Source: Phoronis australis (lineage: Eukaryota; Animalia; Phoronida). Taken from it: a stretch of 64,000 nucleotides of DNA. Below are positions 37,301-48,471 of the stretch, in pieces (within the stretch, counting starts at the first letter, position 1; every line of letters begins with the position of its first letter). The position numbers and the translations under genes were made by a program. The notes under the pieces were generated by a model that had not been told where the DNA came from, made no database searches, and worked only from the letters and a program-made list of their open reading frames with translations. The DNA lies in the NCBI GenBank assembly GCA_002633005.1, contig NMRA01000047.1, positions 707,326 to 771,325 on the forward strand, given 5' to 3'.

Positions 37301-40300
37301 ATAAAAAGCTTGGCAAGTGTTAAAAGCACGTGGCCAGGAAGCGCGCGCTACATACATGAACCTGTCATCAAAGACATAAGTCAGAAACTATCTATTCATG
37401 AAACGGGTAGCATAGCATCGGCAAGAAATGTATATTGGCAAATATTTCCGACAGTTTCTAATAATGTAAAAAAATGTTTAAATTATTTGTAAGAGGGATT
37501 GTTTGATTAACCATAATTCGTGCTTTTAAGCCAAATATCCGATAAAATGACCACCGACAGTGAATCCTTACACACCCTTACACCGAAAAATAACAGTCAG
37601 ATAGTTACTTATGCATCCAGCCACACGGTGACTAATATGGGCCTTACCAAAACAAATGTCGAACGTTTTTAGCACATGAGACCGGCAAGTGCTGAATGAA
37701 ACCCGCTCTGGTTTACGCCCACTGCTTGTGCAAATTTCTTTAGCTACAATGAACATCTAGCTCATTAGATTGCGTGGCTCTGGCCAAAAGACAGTCTCTG
37801 CTCTGGCAAATGAGCTCTGGTGACACGCACGCACTCGCTTACTCACAAACGCAGAGGAACTTCAAAACAAACGTCATGTGACAACAACACGTGTGTTCCT
37901 CCAGACATTTTACTCGGTGTTGCCAATCATACATGTAAATGGCACGATGTAGCACAGATTTGTACTTAAACTTGCCATTAATCCCAACTCCACGGGAACT
38001 TAAAAATCTTAGGAAAACTACTTGGAAACTTATGGAGGATTTCAGGTAATTTGCTTGAGTCGAAACTGTATTTTTATTCAAGCATTCAAGTTGTCATATC
38101 GATGATTGCGAGGCAGTCAGTCGGCGAGTTTTTGCTCTGGGATTTCAGCACAATTTTCTGTAAAATGATCGTACTTTAGCAGCAAAGTTTGATAGCAATG
38201 CACCACGGTTTTGTAGAAAGTCTTTCATAGATTACAGATACCTCACAGGGTGTAAATATGATGAATCACCCATTTCGGAGACTGGGTTTCAACCGCTTTG
38301 GGTTATAATAAGCGCTCCCCCTGAAACGAACTTTTCTAAGCGCCCTGGGCGGTTATTACGGCGAAGACGGTAATTGATTTTGTGCAAAACAAGCAGAGAA
38401 TAACCGTAATTCGATTTTTGTTTTTAGCCAGTATGAAATGCAGCTTTATCCGAACAAAGATCCACAGGAACCATACCTGACTTTAGTCTATATTGAGTAA
38501 AGATTTTTAAGGGCTTGACTCAAATTTTAAGTTTCTCTCAGACTGCTAACTTCCAAATCACAAACAATGCTACATCAACCATAACAAAACTAATCTCTTA
38601 AGCAAAATGGTTTGTCATTGATTTATGTTAGATTCATGTTCGATATAGCCAAGAGGCATTGCTAAAAATGTAAATACAAATTGTCTAGCATGAATTAAAA
38701 CCAAAATATAAAAAATGTCACCCCAAATGTTAACCTTGCATGAAAGGATTTTCCCGAAGACTACAGACATCTGGATAGGCTAGGCTGGAGTTGCGCACCT
38801 CACAATATTGTGCAGAACAAGGCAAATGAACTCTAGACATATGGGGTAGTCATTTTTTAAGAAACTAAAAAGTTTAAAACTTTGAACATCACTCCTTGAT
38901 AACAAGTGTTCTGTGGGTTTGACAATTTTTGTCTATCTGCACGAAGTTCAATAGAAAATCAATGACATCATTCGATTAGCACCTACCACACAAACTGTTA
39001 CAATCCATGTCAATTCTCAATTTCTTCTCAAACAGGTCGTCTGCTCTCAGACACAAGCTTCCTGCAGTCATGACAAACGCTTGGTCTCTTTCTCCATCTT
39101 CATACCAGTGTAACAAGATAGTGGCTTCTACGACAGATTCAGAAAAAACAGGCACCTGACAGGAAGTTCCCAGCATGCAAGTATGCCCAGGCAACAGACA
39201 CACAGTATTTGAGTTAGTATCAACAGTTTTTTGTCGCTTGCAGTCACCAGATGGCGCAAACGCAGATGTCTCACAGTAGGCAATGACTGATTTACATTCC
39301 AATGTGCCAGGGCATGAAGGTGTCAGTAGAGAAATGTAAACACTGTAGATGGGGCTGAAATAAAACAAAATGTAGAGGATAGACACTACCAGTTGAGGAA
39401 AGACTTATGGGGGTATGATCCTGGACTTTTCCTCCCTTGTAACATTACGTTCAAAAAAACGATACAAAAATTTGTTGAACACACAACAACGTTCATGATT
39501 AATAACTTTCAATGATATTTGGTCGAGCTCCCTGTATCTCTGACGGTTGTCCGCAGTGCAACAATAAAGCAGACAGCCAAGAGATTTAAGAAAACTAATG
39601 ATTAAAATGACAAATATATTTCGAGACTGGCATTGTCTCCTCCTCAGGTAAACTTAACATGACATGGTTACAAGAATACGTGACGAAGGATTGTGACCCA
39701 CTGAGATGCAAGTCAATAGCAATGCTGAAATATACACATACTTGAAAAACAGAGCCAGCGTGTGGCGCACCCCTGTGAGCTACTCATTCAACACNTTTCT
39801 AGTTCAAGTTTGCCCTTGAAGACCCTTATATTCATGCTACAAACTCGAGTAAAAACTCGAAATTTCGAGTTCAAACTCGAACTTATTGCTTTAATATTGG
39901 GTTTACAAACTGTGATCTAAGGGCAATAAATTATCCACGTAAGTTATTGTGTACTCGAGCATAGAATAATAGACACTTATCTTGAGTTCGCCCAAAAGTA
40001 GAGTAGAAAATGCCAAACCTAATTTCGAGTTCCATTTCGAGTAAAAATATTGGAGACCGGGCCCTGAGCTAGTTTGAACTCATTGCATGGTCAACAAATG
40101 GTCACAATTAGTGCAAAAAACAAGGCACAGTATTTTAGCCACTGTTTGATTTTTAGCTTACATAGAAAATGATCAGACACTTATTACTTTTAGGTATGAG
40201 TATCTTTGGACAAAATGAGCTCCTGGAGATCAAAATAAATAGGAATTACAAACAGCTTGTTGCATTTACAATTCTTAAATATGGTTCATACACAGGCCGG

Positions 40301-43300
40301 CTGATAGGACTAATCTCTCACTCTCTCAGCACTTTCTACTAACTTTGTGCGGATGGTCTCTAGAATATGACAATTTTTTTTGAAAATAGGGCCAAATTAG
40401 TCTCGTTCTTCCTTAGTCGAACGGACCACCATAACGGTCCCAAAAACACAGGGCTGCAATATGTATGCCTTTTACCTATGTAAAACACTGGGTCTCATTA
40501 AGTACCAGGTTTTTCTGTAGATAAGCCCATGGACGTGTATTCGGAAAACGAAAATGCCCAGGCGTTTTAGTAACACCAAATAAATGCCCGGGCATTTATT
40601 AGGAAAAGGGGGGGGGGAAGTGTAAACGGAAACTCAGTTTTGCTGACTTTGGCATTTTTTACTTAAAACTGTGTTTTTAAATTTTATGTTAATAAATGCA
40701 TAGTTCGCTAACACCTAGCTTGTTCTTATAAATGATAAATGTTTCATAAAACTGAATTTGTGACAAAAAGTTGACTAGGAATGGGCTTTTAAGAGGATGC
40801 TTGACACCAGAAGTTGCAGCACCAAATAAACGCCCATGGGGGTCAAGTGGGCTTATCTACGGAAAAACCTGGTATGCCTTTTATCTATTTATAACACAGG
40901 GCTCCAATATGTATGATTTTTATATATAGTATGTAAAACACAGGGTTCCAACATGCATGCTGTCTATCTACGTAAAAGAAGAACACATATATCAAACCTG
41001 GGTGTTTGGTTAATGACTTCACAACCAATGACCCACTTGTCTGCAATAAGGTGTTGCCATGATGATAGTACAGAGAGGCTGCGTTTGCCACAAGTTGAAA
41101 GGGTAGTGACAACATTGTTGACATCTGGAGTCTCACTTAGCAAATTGACGATATTTGGCTGTAAGACAGAAGAAATAAGACATAAATTAATACTAAACCA
41201 AGCAGCACTTCAGATAACACCTAGTGATGCATGTCTGGATGTTGCACTCAGAGGCTGGTTACATGAAACACTCCCTAATAGGGACTCAACTAGTATTCGT
41301 CAACTTTTCACCACATTTGAGAATTTGCGAAAGCACTGATTGAACTTTCTAATGCTATTTTGTCTTCATTTCTAAGTCAGTCCGTTTTTAGCTTTGAAGC
41401 ATAGCCAGAGTTAACTCAATGTTGAATTCTTCATATTATTGAAAATAAGTAGGGACCTTTTCATGCAATGCCCCTAATTTAAAGATCAAGTCCCTAATTA
41501 TTTTCATTGAAATAAGAACTGTTTTCGGGCATGTTAACAGAAAATAACATCAAAAAAGAAAGACAAAGTGAGCGTAGTACAACGTTTAAGAGTAAACGGC
41601 AAAGACAGATAGTGAATTTCAATATTGTGCGGATATTTCAAAATTCACCAATTCAAAGTAGGTGTTCTGATCTCTACGGAAAAGAAGACTGTACAGCATA
41701 CAACATTATTACTGACCACTTATACCTCTGTCCCCTGGTTGACTAAAACGTGGTACGATAACTTCGGTTATGAGGTAATATTAACCAGTCTAGTCATGGA
41801 ACAACATTTTTCCTTCATGCTGCCCAGACGTGAGATGCCACTATGTGTAATCTGACTCATCAGACAAAGTTGAAGCCATAAACTGTGACTACACAGCGAG
41901 CAGATGATGCAAATACATCCAAACAAGAAAGAACAAGCTAATCTAATAAAGGAAGAAAAATAAGGGAAAATAAGTATAAGTAGCCAAGCAACAAAACGGG
42001 TATAGACTGATCCCTTCTCGCTCGCACAACATAGCTGTCCCTCGTCTGTATGACCTGTTATCACCCTCGGGACAAGACAACATTTGTATATTTAACAGTG
42101 GTATGCATAGCTGTACCTGCTTGACTATGGGACTGCTTGCACTGTCAAGTGTCATGGACTTGATGGATAGACATGTCTGCCTGATCACATGACATTTAGA
42201 CAAATTTGACTGCTCAGTCTCTCGTAGTGTGCAAACCAGACTTTGAAGCCTCGATTCCAGCGCCCTCACCGCTAAGCAGAGACTATCCGAGCTTTCTGCC
42301 GATTGTGAGCTGTCCTGAAAAGAGAAATGCTGGACACTCTTAGATATGGCGGAAAAGAATTTCCAATATGTTTCCAACAGGGATAAACGAACGGAGGAGT
42401 GTAAACAGAAATGTCAACAAACATTTCCAGACAAAATTCCCACAAAATATATTTTTAGTTATTATCCATCATTTAGTAACAAATGAATGTATAAACTATC
42501 ACTGTCTACCGACACAGCTTATTTCAATATGTCGCTGCAACAATAGAAAATGGTAATTCAAATTTTAAGGAAAAAGTAGCAAGAAAAACACAAGAATCCG
42601 TGTAAAAGCCACATGTTGCGCCATCCTTGAAAACCATCATGATTTTGCTTCATATTCTTGGCGGACACTTTGTATTAGTTTTTCAACACATTCTGATTAG
42701 CGTTCCTAACACAATTCACAATACTAAGGACAGAATGGTGTACATGGATTGATTCAATTAAAGATTTACTCCAGTTGGAAGTGACCCAATAAGCGCTGTG
42801 AGGAACTAAAAGGAATCTTGTGAAATATTGGGAAGAACAGATCTTACAACTTGCAACATAACACTTTTTTACCTGAGAGGCTGCTGAGTGGCTTACGGAG
42901 AAATCTGTGATGGTCTCTACTGAGCGAAAATTGTGATTATTCACAATTAGCATTTGATTGGTTCCTTGATCCAGAAAATCCCCGATAAAGATTTGGCAGC
43001 CTTGAAACTGCTGAATTACCTAGAAAAGAAGACAACTTAGACAAAAATGAAAAGTTTGAGTCTGACACAAAAATGTTTCAGCTGCATACTCAATGTGACT
43101 GTATTACGTACCTTTTGTCCTCAAACTATCAGAGTCTCAGTTCTACGACTAGAGTGTAACCAATAACCCTTTTTATACATGGAGGTGATGATCAATGTCA
43201 ATGTGACCAGTCATTCCAAATCTATGTGATAAAAGCTACAATTAAAGGGCCCGGCCAATGGTAAAATAGAATGACAACCCTTGTTTCACAGCCCTACTCA

Positions 43301-45438
43301 GGGCTCGACAATTAGGATAAAGTTAACTCGCCAAATGCGACTTGGGAAAATCCCCAGGTCGCCAAATCTCATTGGCAAAAGCAGACAATGAAATAAACGA
43401 GATACCCAAAGTGAAAATTGACAACGAACCCAACAAACAGTAAATGTTCCATCAACCACCTAGTAGTTAAATCTAGCTTGAGCAATTAACGCGATTTGCA
43501 AGATATTACTGAACAGCCTTCGCACTAACTTTGAGTATATTTATTTGATTTATCAGCTAAACCAAAAGGGCTTAAGAAAGTGTTCTAATACTGAAGCGCT
43601 ACCGAGAAAGTTTACAACTTGGAAAATACCTGAAATCAGCTGGCACAGGGTTCGACATAAGTGTGTAAACGCTCGAAAATACGAGGGGAAAAAGTAAAAT
43701 ACAAGTAGATAATTGACCTCACTCGTATTGTTTTAACAGGTGCGAGCGGGCGTCACTTTTTACAAGCCCAAATGTGGAAATACAAGAGTAGAATATGATG
43801 CCATTCGTATTTTTGAGCAGGCATTTTTTGCCTATGTCAAGCGCTGTGACAGATCGTTGAACTGATAGCTAGTATAAACCAAACCGTTTGGTATATTGCA
43901 ACTACAACTGGTCTTGAGAACTAGAAACTCTGTGGAGCCTGCATATGATAACCTACATTTTGACACAAAATTTGTTTTGATAACGAGCATGATATTCCAT
44001 TACGTCATTTCGACTTGGTGGCAATCGCAACCACTTTGCTAATCATGTTAAGAGAACAGCCTCAGAGTGAGACAACTAAACAGGAAACGGATGGTTTTTA
44101 CCCTTGGCATCGAGTTCTGATAAGGCAAATGAATTGATGACGAATTAGGTTGGTTTGTAGAAAAGGGACTTGGCACTTATGCCAATAAGCAGGTGAGAAT
44201 CAATTTTGCTGTTTTTTAATGACAATATCAGAGAATATGACAATAAATCATGAAATCCGGCAAATAGGTTTTTTGACATGTCACGACAATAACCGAGATA
44301 TTAAATTATAAGCTATGACACTAAATGGTCTCCACCACAGTAACTTACTGTTAAATCCGTTTCTCTGACAACCACAACTTTGTCCAGGAACTGCAGACAC
44401 AGGAACAATTCGCCATTCACATTCTCATAGAACTGGCAGGAAGGAGATCCTACACCATCAAAAACTGAAGCCGAGCTCTTCACAAGCGCGCCAATGTGAT
44501 ATTTCAGAAGTTTTCCATCACACAACCTATACACGACCGTTTCCAATGTTCTGTCCATTTCAGAGGTATGCACTAGTTTAACATCACTATGAAGGACCGT
44601 CATATCAGAAGAACCATCTTGCCTCCTTCTACACTTGTGTTGACAGAACTGGTCGGTATCTATAACTTCCTTTGATGCAACATTATTTCTTACACATAAA
44701 GTCAATGCGCAACAGCAGTCACAACTGCTGTCTTCTTCTTCTGTTTGTTGCTCACAAAATTTATCCATGTTCTCGTCACTGTCAGTTGCATCACAAGTCC
44801 TGCCCCTTTTGGTGCCAATCAAGGCAACTATGCCATCACCCACCAATGCACAGTGTCCAATAGAATCTAATTCCACACACTTCTCTTCTTTAAAATCTGT
44901 ATCTAGTTTCACTGAATACAAAGGCAAGTCAGTTTCTTGACCCCTGTTCAATGTGAAATAAACCACTCCTTGAGCAAACAACACAACATTTGGACCATCA
45001 ATCAGGTGAATATCACATGATTCTGTATGCAAATGGCTTGGAATACTAATCCTTGCATGTGGAATAACAGCCATATCTTTGACAAACAACAAATAAAGAT
45101 CCCGTCCACTGTCACAGACAACATTACCGATGCTGACAGCAACACAAGGCAAGTCTAGATTTGTCGACAATTCCGTCACCACACTACCGGTCACAAGCTT
45201 GGCAGGGGAAGGGATTTCTAGCTGGACGGAATTTCTCAGTGAGAGATGTTGAGTGAGTACTCCAGTAACCTGCTGGTCATGTATCTGAGAAAGACTTCTG
45301 GAACTGTTGCCCCTCACAGGGGTCTGTATCCTTTCATCAAGACCATACCAGCTGCCTTGGATGATGTCCAGGTCTTTGACGTCCAGTGATGTCTCAATGT
45401 GTATCTCAATGATATTCCCGTCATGCGCAAGAAGGCAG
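34002..45438 (-). CDS. FANCB: Fanconi anemia group B protein homolog (~860 aa); 7 coding exons seen, start exon uncertain
   Basis: Exons 45438-44349, 43019-42873, 42314-42117, 41158-40998, 39354-38987, 36640-36388, 34350-34002, all GT-AG and in phase. Colinear similarity to human FANCB as recalled: LLAHDGNII/LLCYNGEVL, TNLDLPCV/TGINLPYI, IDGPNVVL/LNGPLILW, GDFLDQGTNQML/DDFIGSGTEQVL, WQHLIADKWVIG/WYRVIDDSLVVG, HSLLRHLP/HNLIRILP, LQRETD/VQLKSD. Confidence 0.88.
34605..36322 (-). mobile_element. Older HINE/DINE-1-like copy in the last FANCB intron
   Basis: 5' hairpin at 36289-36318, 3' end AACAAGAGCAACG at 34605, internal units with CCACTAGG(A/G)G at 34821, 35843 and 36141. Confidence 0.7.
35357..35430 (-). 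pseudogene. tRNA-derived sequence (SINE head or tRNA pseudogene)
   Basis: Minus strand: GTCCTGA...TCAGGAC acceptor-like stem, A-box-like TCTCAGTGG, B-box-like GGTTCGGGTCC; non-canonical anticodon loop; partial sibling at ~54596-54632. Confidence 0.6.
36388..36640 (-). CDS. FANCB: FANCB exon
   Basis: ATDIQHNLLSL...ITVYHR; phase 1/2. Confidence 0.8.
36869..38372 (-). mobile_element. TA-flanked pogo/mariner-type non-autonomous DNA transposon carrying a HIRAN-like ORF remnant (37031-37357)
   Basis: TIRs TA-TCGTATTCACTGTAATAACCACCCA and TA-CCGTCTTCGCCGTAATAACCGCCCA (rc); ORF SIRGFHVYKEIW..NPVDKY..GQTIG.PRKI..GGSLKCIVT..GLQILC. Confidence 0.65.
38987..39354 (-). CDS. FANCB: FANCB exon
   Basis: PIYSVYISLL...AGSLCLRADDLFEKK; phase 2/1. 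Confidence 0.85.
39608..39651 (-). ncRNA. Degenerate Penelope-type hammerhead-like motif
   Basis: CTGAGGA-G-GAGAC(AATGCCA)GTCTC-GAAA-TATA-TT; helix I is weak. Confidence 0.35.
40503..40874. mobile_element. TA-flanked MITE with ~25-bp TIRs (Tc1/mariner-type)
   Basis: TACCAGGTTTTTCTGTAGATAAGCCCA ... TGGGCTTATCTACGGAAAAACCTGGTA. Confidence 0.85.
40998..41158 (-). CDS. FANCB: FANCB exon
   Basis: PNIVNLL...WQHLIADKWVIGCEVINQTP; phase 0/2. Confidence 0.85.
41414..41525. mobile_element. Short palindromic MITE; second copy at ~55739-55835
   Basis: TGAAAATAAGTAGGGAC...GTCCC.A.TTATTTTCA in both copies. Confidence 0.65.
42117..42314 (-). CDS. FANCB: FANCB exon (coiled coil)
   Basis: DSSQ...AVRALESRLQ...VKQ; phase 0/0. 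Confidence 0.82.
42873..43019 (-). CDS. FANCB: FANCB exon
   Basis: VIQQFQGCQIFIGDFLDQGTNQML...ASQ; phase 0/0. Confidence 0.88.
44349..45438 (-). CDS. FANCB: FANCB large N-terminal (beta-propeller) exon
   Basis: TTTTTAG|C TGC CTT; 1090 nt; donor ACA|GTAAGT. Confidence 0.88.
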
Positions 45439-46115
45439 CTAAAAATAATCAATTTGTCATCATATCTACTGTAACTAAAATACTTTGTGACAGGGCTCTC
45501 TATTGTGGGAGGTAAAATGTTTTACTACTCAAACAACCATGATTAATTGTCAAAGGGTTAACACTTCATCGTGAGTGGTTTGATGAGAGCTGCACTTCAG
45601 AAAGTGTGCTTATAATTAATTTTTTCGTATTATTTTTGTCAACAACTATGACATGAGAAACAAAATTGTAGCTGTTCTGGCATGTTGTGACCTAATTGAT
45701 TATGAAAGTTTGCCGTAGAATACAATACAATACACCACAATACAATAAAATATAATGTGCACGGATGACAACAGAAAGAAATTGTGAGCATAATGCAAAC
45801 AATTCACCTGAATTTTTATCTACAGATTCAACTGCCAAAATGAATAATAATACTCAACCTAACAAAATCATAATCGTGAATCAAAAGTTGTTAGCAAAAC
45901 ATCTTAATTTCATCATTTATTATAGGTTTTATAAAGGTGAATCTGTGCTGCAATATTAGTAGTGTTCATACCAATTAAAACAGGTTCCATTTTTTTCAGT
46001 CACAGCTGAGAGTTAGTACTGCTATAACCCTAGTTAGTGGTTATAGTTGCTATAGTCACCAGTGCAATTAAACATACACACAAAAGGATGAAACTACGCT
46101 GACCTTTCACATCGA

Positions 46116-46590
46116 GTTATAACCATAACTCACTAAACCACCCCACAGAGGATAATACCATAACTCACTAAACCATCCCAGAGGGTTATAAATATAACTC
46201 ACTAAACCATCCCAGAGGGTTATAACCATAACTCACTAAACCATCACAAAGAGGGTTATAACCATAACTCACTAAACCATCCCACAGAGGGTTATAACCA
46301 TAACTCACTAAACCATCCCACAGAGGGTGATAACCATAACTCACAAAACCATCCCAGAGGGTTATAAGCATAACTCACCAAACCATCCCAGAGGGTTATA
46401 AGCATAACTCACTAAACCATCACAAAGAGGGTTATAACCATAACTCACTAAACCATCCCACAGAGGGTTATAACCATAACTCACAAAACCATCCCAGAGG
46501 GTTATAACCATAACTCACTAAACCACCCCACAGAGGGTTATAACCATAACTCACTAAACCATCCCACAGAGGGTTATAACCATAACTCAC
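46116..46590. repeat. 34/36-bp minisatellite (GGTTATAACCATAACTCACTAAACCATCC(CA)CAGAG)n running into the gap
   Basis: About 13 contiguous units with no unique spacers; continues into Ns at 46591-47528. Confidence 0.95.
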
Positions 46591-47528
46591 NNNNNNNNNN
46601 NNNNNNNNNNNNNNNNNNNNNNNNNNNNNNNNNNNNNNNNNNNNNNNNNNNNNNNNNNNNNNNNNNNNNNNNNNNNNNNNNNNNNNNNNNNNNNNNNNNN
46701 NNNNNNNNNNNNNNNNNNNNNNNNNNNNNNNNNNNNNNNNNNNNNNNNNNNNNNNNNNNNNNNNNNNNNNNNNNNNNNNNNNNNNNNNNNNNNNNNNNNN
46801 NNNNNNNNNNNNNNNNNNNNNNNNNNNNNNNNNNNNNNNNNNNNNNNNNNNNNNNNNNNNNNNNNNNNNNNNNNNNNNNNNNNNNNNNNNNNNNNNNNNN
46901 NNNNNNNNNNNNNNNNNNNNNNNNNNNNNNNNNNNNNNNNNNNNNNNNNNNNNNNNNNNNNNNNNNNNNNNNNNNNNNNNNNNNNNNNNNNNNNNNNNNN
47001 NNNNNNNNNNNNNNNNNNNNNNNNNNNNNNNNNNNNNNNNNNNNNNNNNNNNNNNNNNNNNNNNNNNNNNNNNNNNNNNNNNNNNNNNNNNNNNNNNNNN
47101 NNNNNNNNNNNNNNNNNNNNNNNNNNNNNNNNNNNNNNNNNNNNNNNNNNNNNNNNNNNNNNNNNNNNNNNNNNNNNNNNNNNNNNNNNNNNNNNNNNNN
47201 NNNNNNNNNNNNNNNNNNNNNNNNNNNNNNNNNNNNNNNNNNNNNNNNNNNNNNNNNNNNNNNNNNNNNNNNNNNNNNNNNNNNNNNNNNNNNNNNNNNN
47301 NNNNNNNNNNNNNNNNNNNNNNNNNNNNNNNNNNNNNNNNNNNNNNNNNNNNNNNNNNNNNNNNNNNNNNNNNNNNNNNNNNNNNNNNNNNNNNNNNNNN
47401 NNNNNNNNNNNNNNNNNNNNNNNNNNNNNNNNNNNNNNNNNNNNNNNNNNNNNNNNNNNNNNNNNNNNNNNNNNNNNNNNNNNNNNNNNNNNNNNNNNNN
47501 NNNNNNNNNNNNNNNNNNNNNNNNNNNN

Positions 47529-48353
47529 TACACATAGTGTACCTAATTATCGGACGGAACCTAAATATCGGACATTTCAAAAAATCTTACTTGAAGCATA
47601 ATCTGAGAATTAAATGACACTAATTGTTGTTCCGTTGTAATGCATTCAATGTCCGGCACCGTCTCGTTTTTTACAGCGTTGCCTCGTTTTGATTTCACCG
47701 AGAGAGGGTGCAATTTAGACCCCCAAGTCGGCCTAAAATGGACGATCGCATAAATTGGTTATAAAAGTTGAAAATAAAATCTTTTTCCACAATGAAACTT
47801 TCTCATTGAACTGACAATATGTTACTGTTCCATTTTTTCATTTGTTTTTAAACTCAAGTCAAACCCCGACCGCGCACGTGCGGGTGTCATATCAAGAAGC
47901 CAAAGTGATACTAAAAACTGCAGTGAGTTTGCACGTGCCTTAGTCGTCTGCACTAATTCATCGAAATGACTTGGCGCCGTCATCAGATTTCATTTTATGG
48001 ATAATTTTGTTGCGAATGGACCTGTGTTCTAGCAGCATATATGTCAAAACACTTGAGCTGAAATTTGGCTACAAGGTGCCCGCGGCCATTACGTGGTTAG
48101 TCAGTTTTCCGCGGTGTGGCATATGGGGAAACATGGTGTCCGATATTAAGGTTCTCCGAAGGTTTGCTTGTTGTGTTTTTTAAAGTTCAGTCGGAACATA
48201 AATGTGGCTTTCGGTGACAAGATATAGTAACGCAACAATTCTATAAAGGTAAGTCTTTATTTCAGCAAAGAATTTACAACAATCCGTAGTATTTTCAATT
48301 AAATATAATGCAAAATGTGCCAAAACGTCCGATAATTAGGTCACTTGACTGTA
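47529..48353. mobile_element. Non-autonomous pogo/Tigger-like DNA transposon
   Basis: TIR core ACCTAATTATCGGACG at the left, CGTCCGATAATTAGGTCACTTGACTG-TA at the right; internal repeats of the TIR motif at ~47559 and ~48137. Confidence 0.75.
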
Positions 48354-48416
48354 GCTTATTTGACCCTCTTTTTTAAAAAATGCATTCTCATTTCACGACT
48401 GCGTTTTCTGTTTTAG

Positions 48417-48471
48417 GAGATTAGCACGAAAATTGAGGAGTTACGAGCAAAGTTTTTGGAGAAATTTACAG
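48417..48471 (+). CDS. MOSPD2: MOSPD2 exon
   Basis: TTTTAG|GAG ATT; EISTKIEELRAKFLEKFT; G|GTAATA. Confidence 0.8.

Noticed and set aside
45808-45831. 24-nt AG/GT-bounded micro-exon candidate upstream of the large FANCB exon
   Set aside because: Contains stop codons in the required phase and supplies no ATG
46116-46590. 36-bp periodic repeat resembling a CRISPR array
   Set aside because: Units are contiguous with no unique spacers, there are no cas genes, and the context is eukaryotic: a minisatellite
46468-47580. 370-aa and 319-aa ORFs in the ORF track
   Set aside because: Almost entirely Ns plus repeat translation
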